DNA of 64,000 bases from Eledone cirrhosa. Its lineage: Eukaryota. A model generated the notes under the pieces. The model saw only the letters and a list, made by a program, of their open reading frames with translations, ran no database searches and was not told the origin of the DNA. Positions 63,481 to 64,000 of this stretch are shown piece by piece; position 1 is the first letter of the stretch; each line of letters opens with the position of its first letter. The position numbers and the translations under genes were made by a program. The stretch lies in NCBI GenBank assembly GCA_964016885.1, contig OZ024744.1, positions 73,036,001 to 73,100,000 of the forward strand, given 5' to 3'.

Positions 63481-64000
63481 ATTGTTGCAGCCCTTGTGCT
63501 TTTATTTTATTTATTTATTTTTTTTTTGCTGTGAATAACAAGGTGGATATAGTAGATATGTCTCATTTGCCTGGATGTAGAGGGCCTTTCCTTTAGAGCA
63601 GAGTATGTTCTTATGTTCCAAATTAGTTGTTTTTTTTTCCTTTGACTGTCAGTCTTATGAAAGCACTCTGCACACAAAGCTTTACACTTCAGAAGTATGT
63701 CGTCCCAATATTTTAGATCAAACTCTAATTGCCTCAGACCCTCCTTCATCTTATCCTTGTAGTGCAGCAGTAGTCTTCCAATATGTTTTTCTAGGACATT
63801 TAGAGGTTAGCAATGAAGAAGTATGATGCACCTCACACAGCACATTTGTGTGTATAACAAGGATTTTTCCACTGTTTCTTAGATTATATTTTTCAAAGGC
63901 ATTGTAGTCTATGCAGTCTAGTGTCATAGCATCCCATGAAACTTAGATAGTCTATGTGAAACAAATCTAGAGAGTTGATTTCATCATCATCATCATCATC

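Noticed and set aside
53391-64000. Next MICU exon (expected FM.NLQ.EVL.EF-like)
   Set aside because: Not found by eye; probably beyond the window

Overview
AT-rich, microsatellite-saturated animal genomic DNA; the repeat repertoire resembles a cephalopod/octopus genome (inference). Almost all of it looks like intron of a MICU2/MICU3-type mitochondrial calcium-uptake gene: only one convincing host exon is present (53296-53390, +). The rest is nested transposons: RTE LINEs, CR1, CRE, Vingi/Ingi and Tx1 remnants, tRNA-derived SINEs, two DD37D maT copies, three Helitrons, and hAT/piggyBac/Tc1 MITEs. The most striking content is a Penelope-like element (PLE) and hammerhead ribozyme (HHR) system: a nearly intact PLE (RT + GIY-YIG) with inverted pseudo-LTRs (33621-36728), a 522-bp fold-back derivative carrying an HHR on each strand, several more 'tail + palindrome' mini-elements, a 425-nt retrozyme-like direct-repeat unit, and about 15 type-I hammerhead folds of different sequence, nearly all in or next to (TA)n tracts. 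Most short ORFs in the track are microsatellite noise. All calls come from reading the sequence by eye; no searches or folding were run, and boundaries of decayed repeats are approximate.
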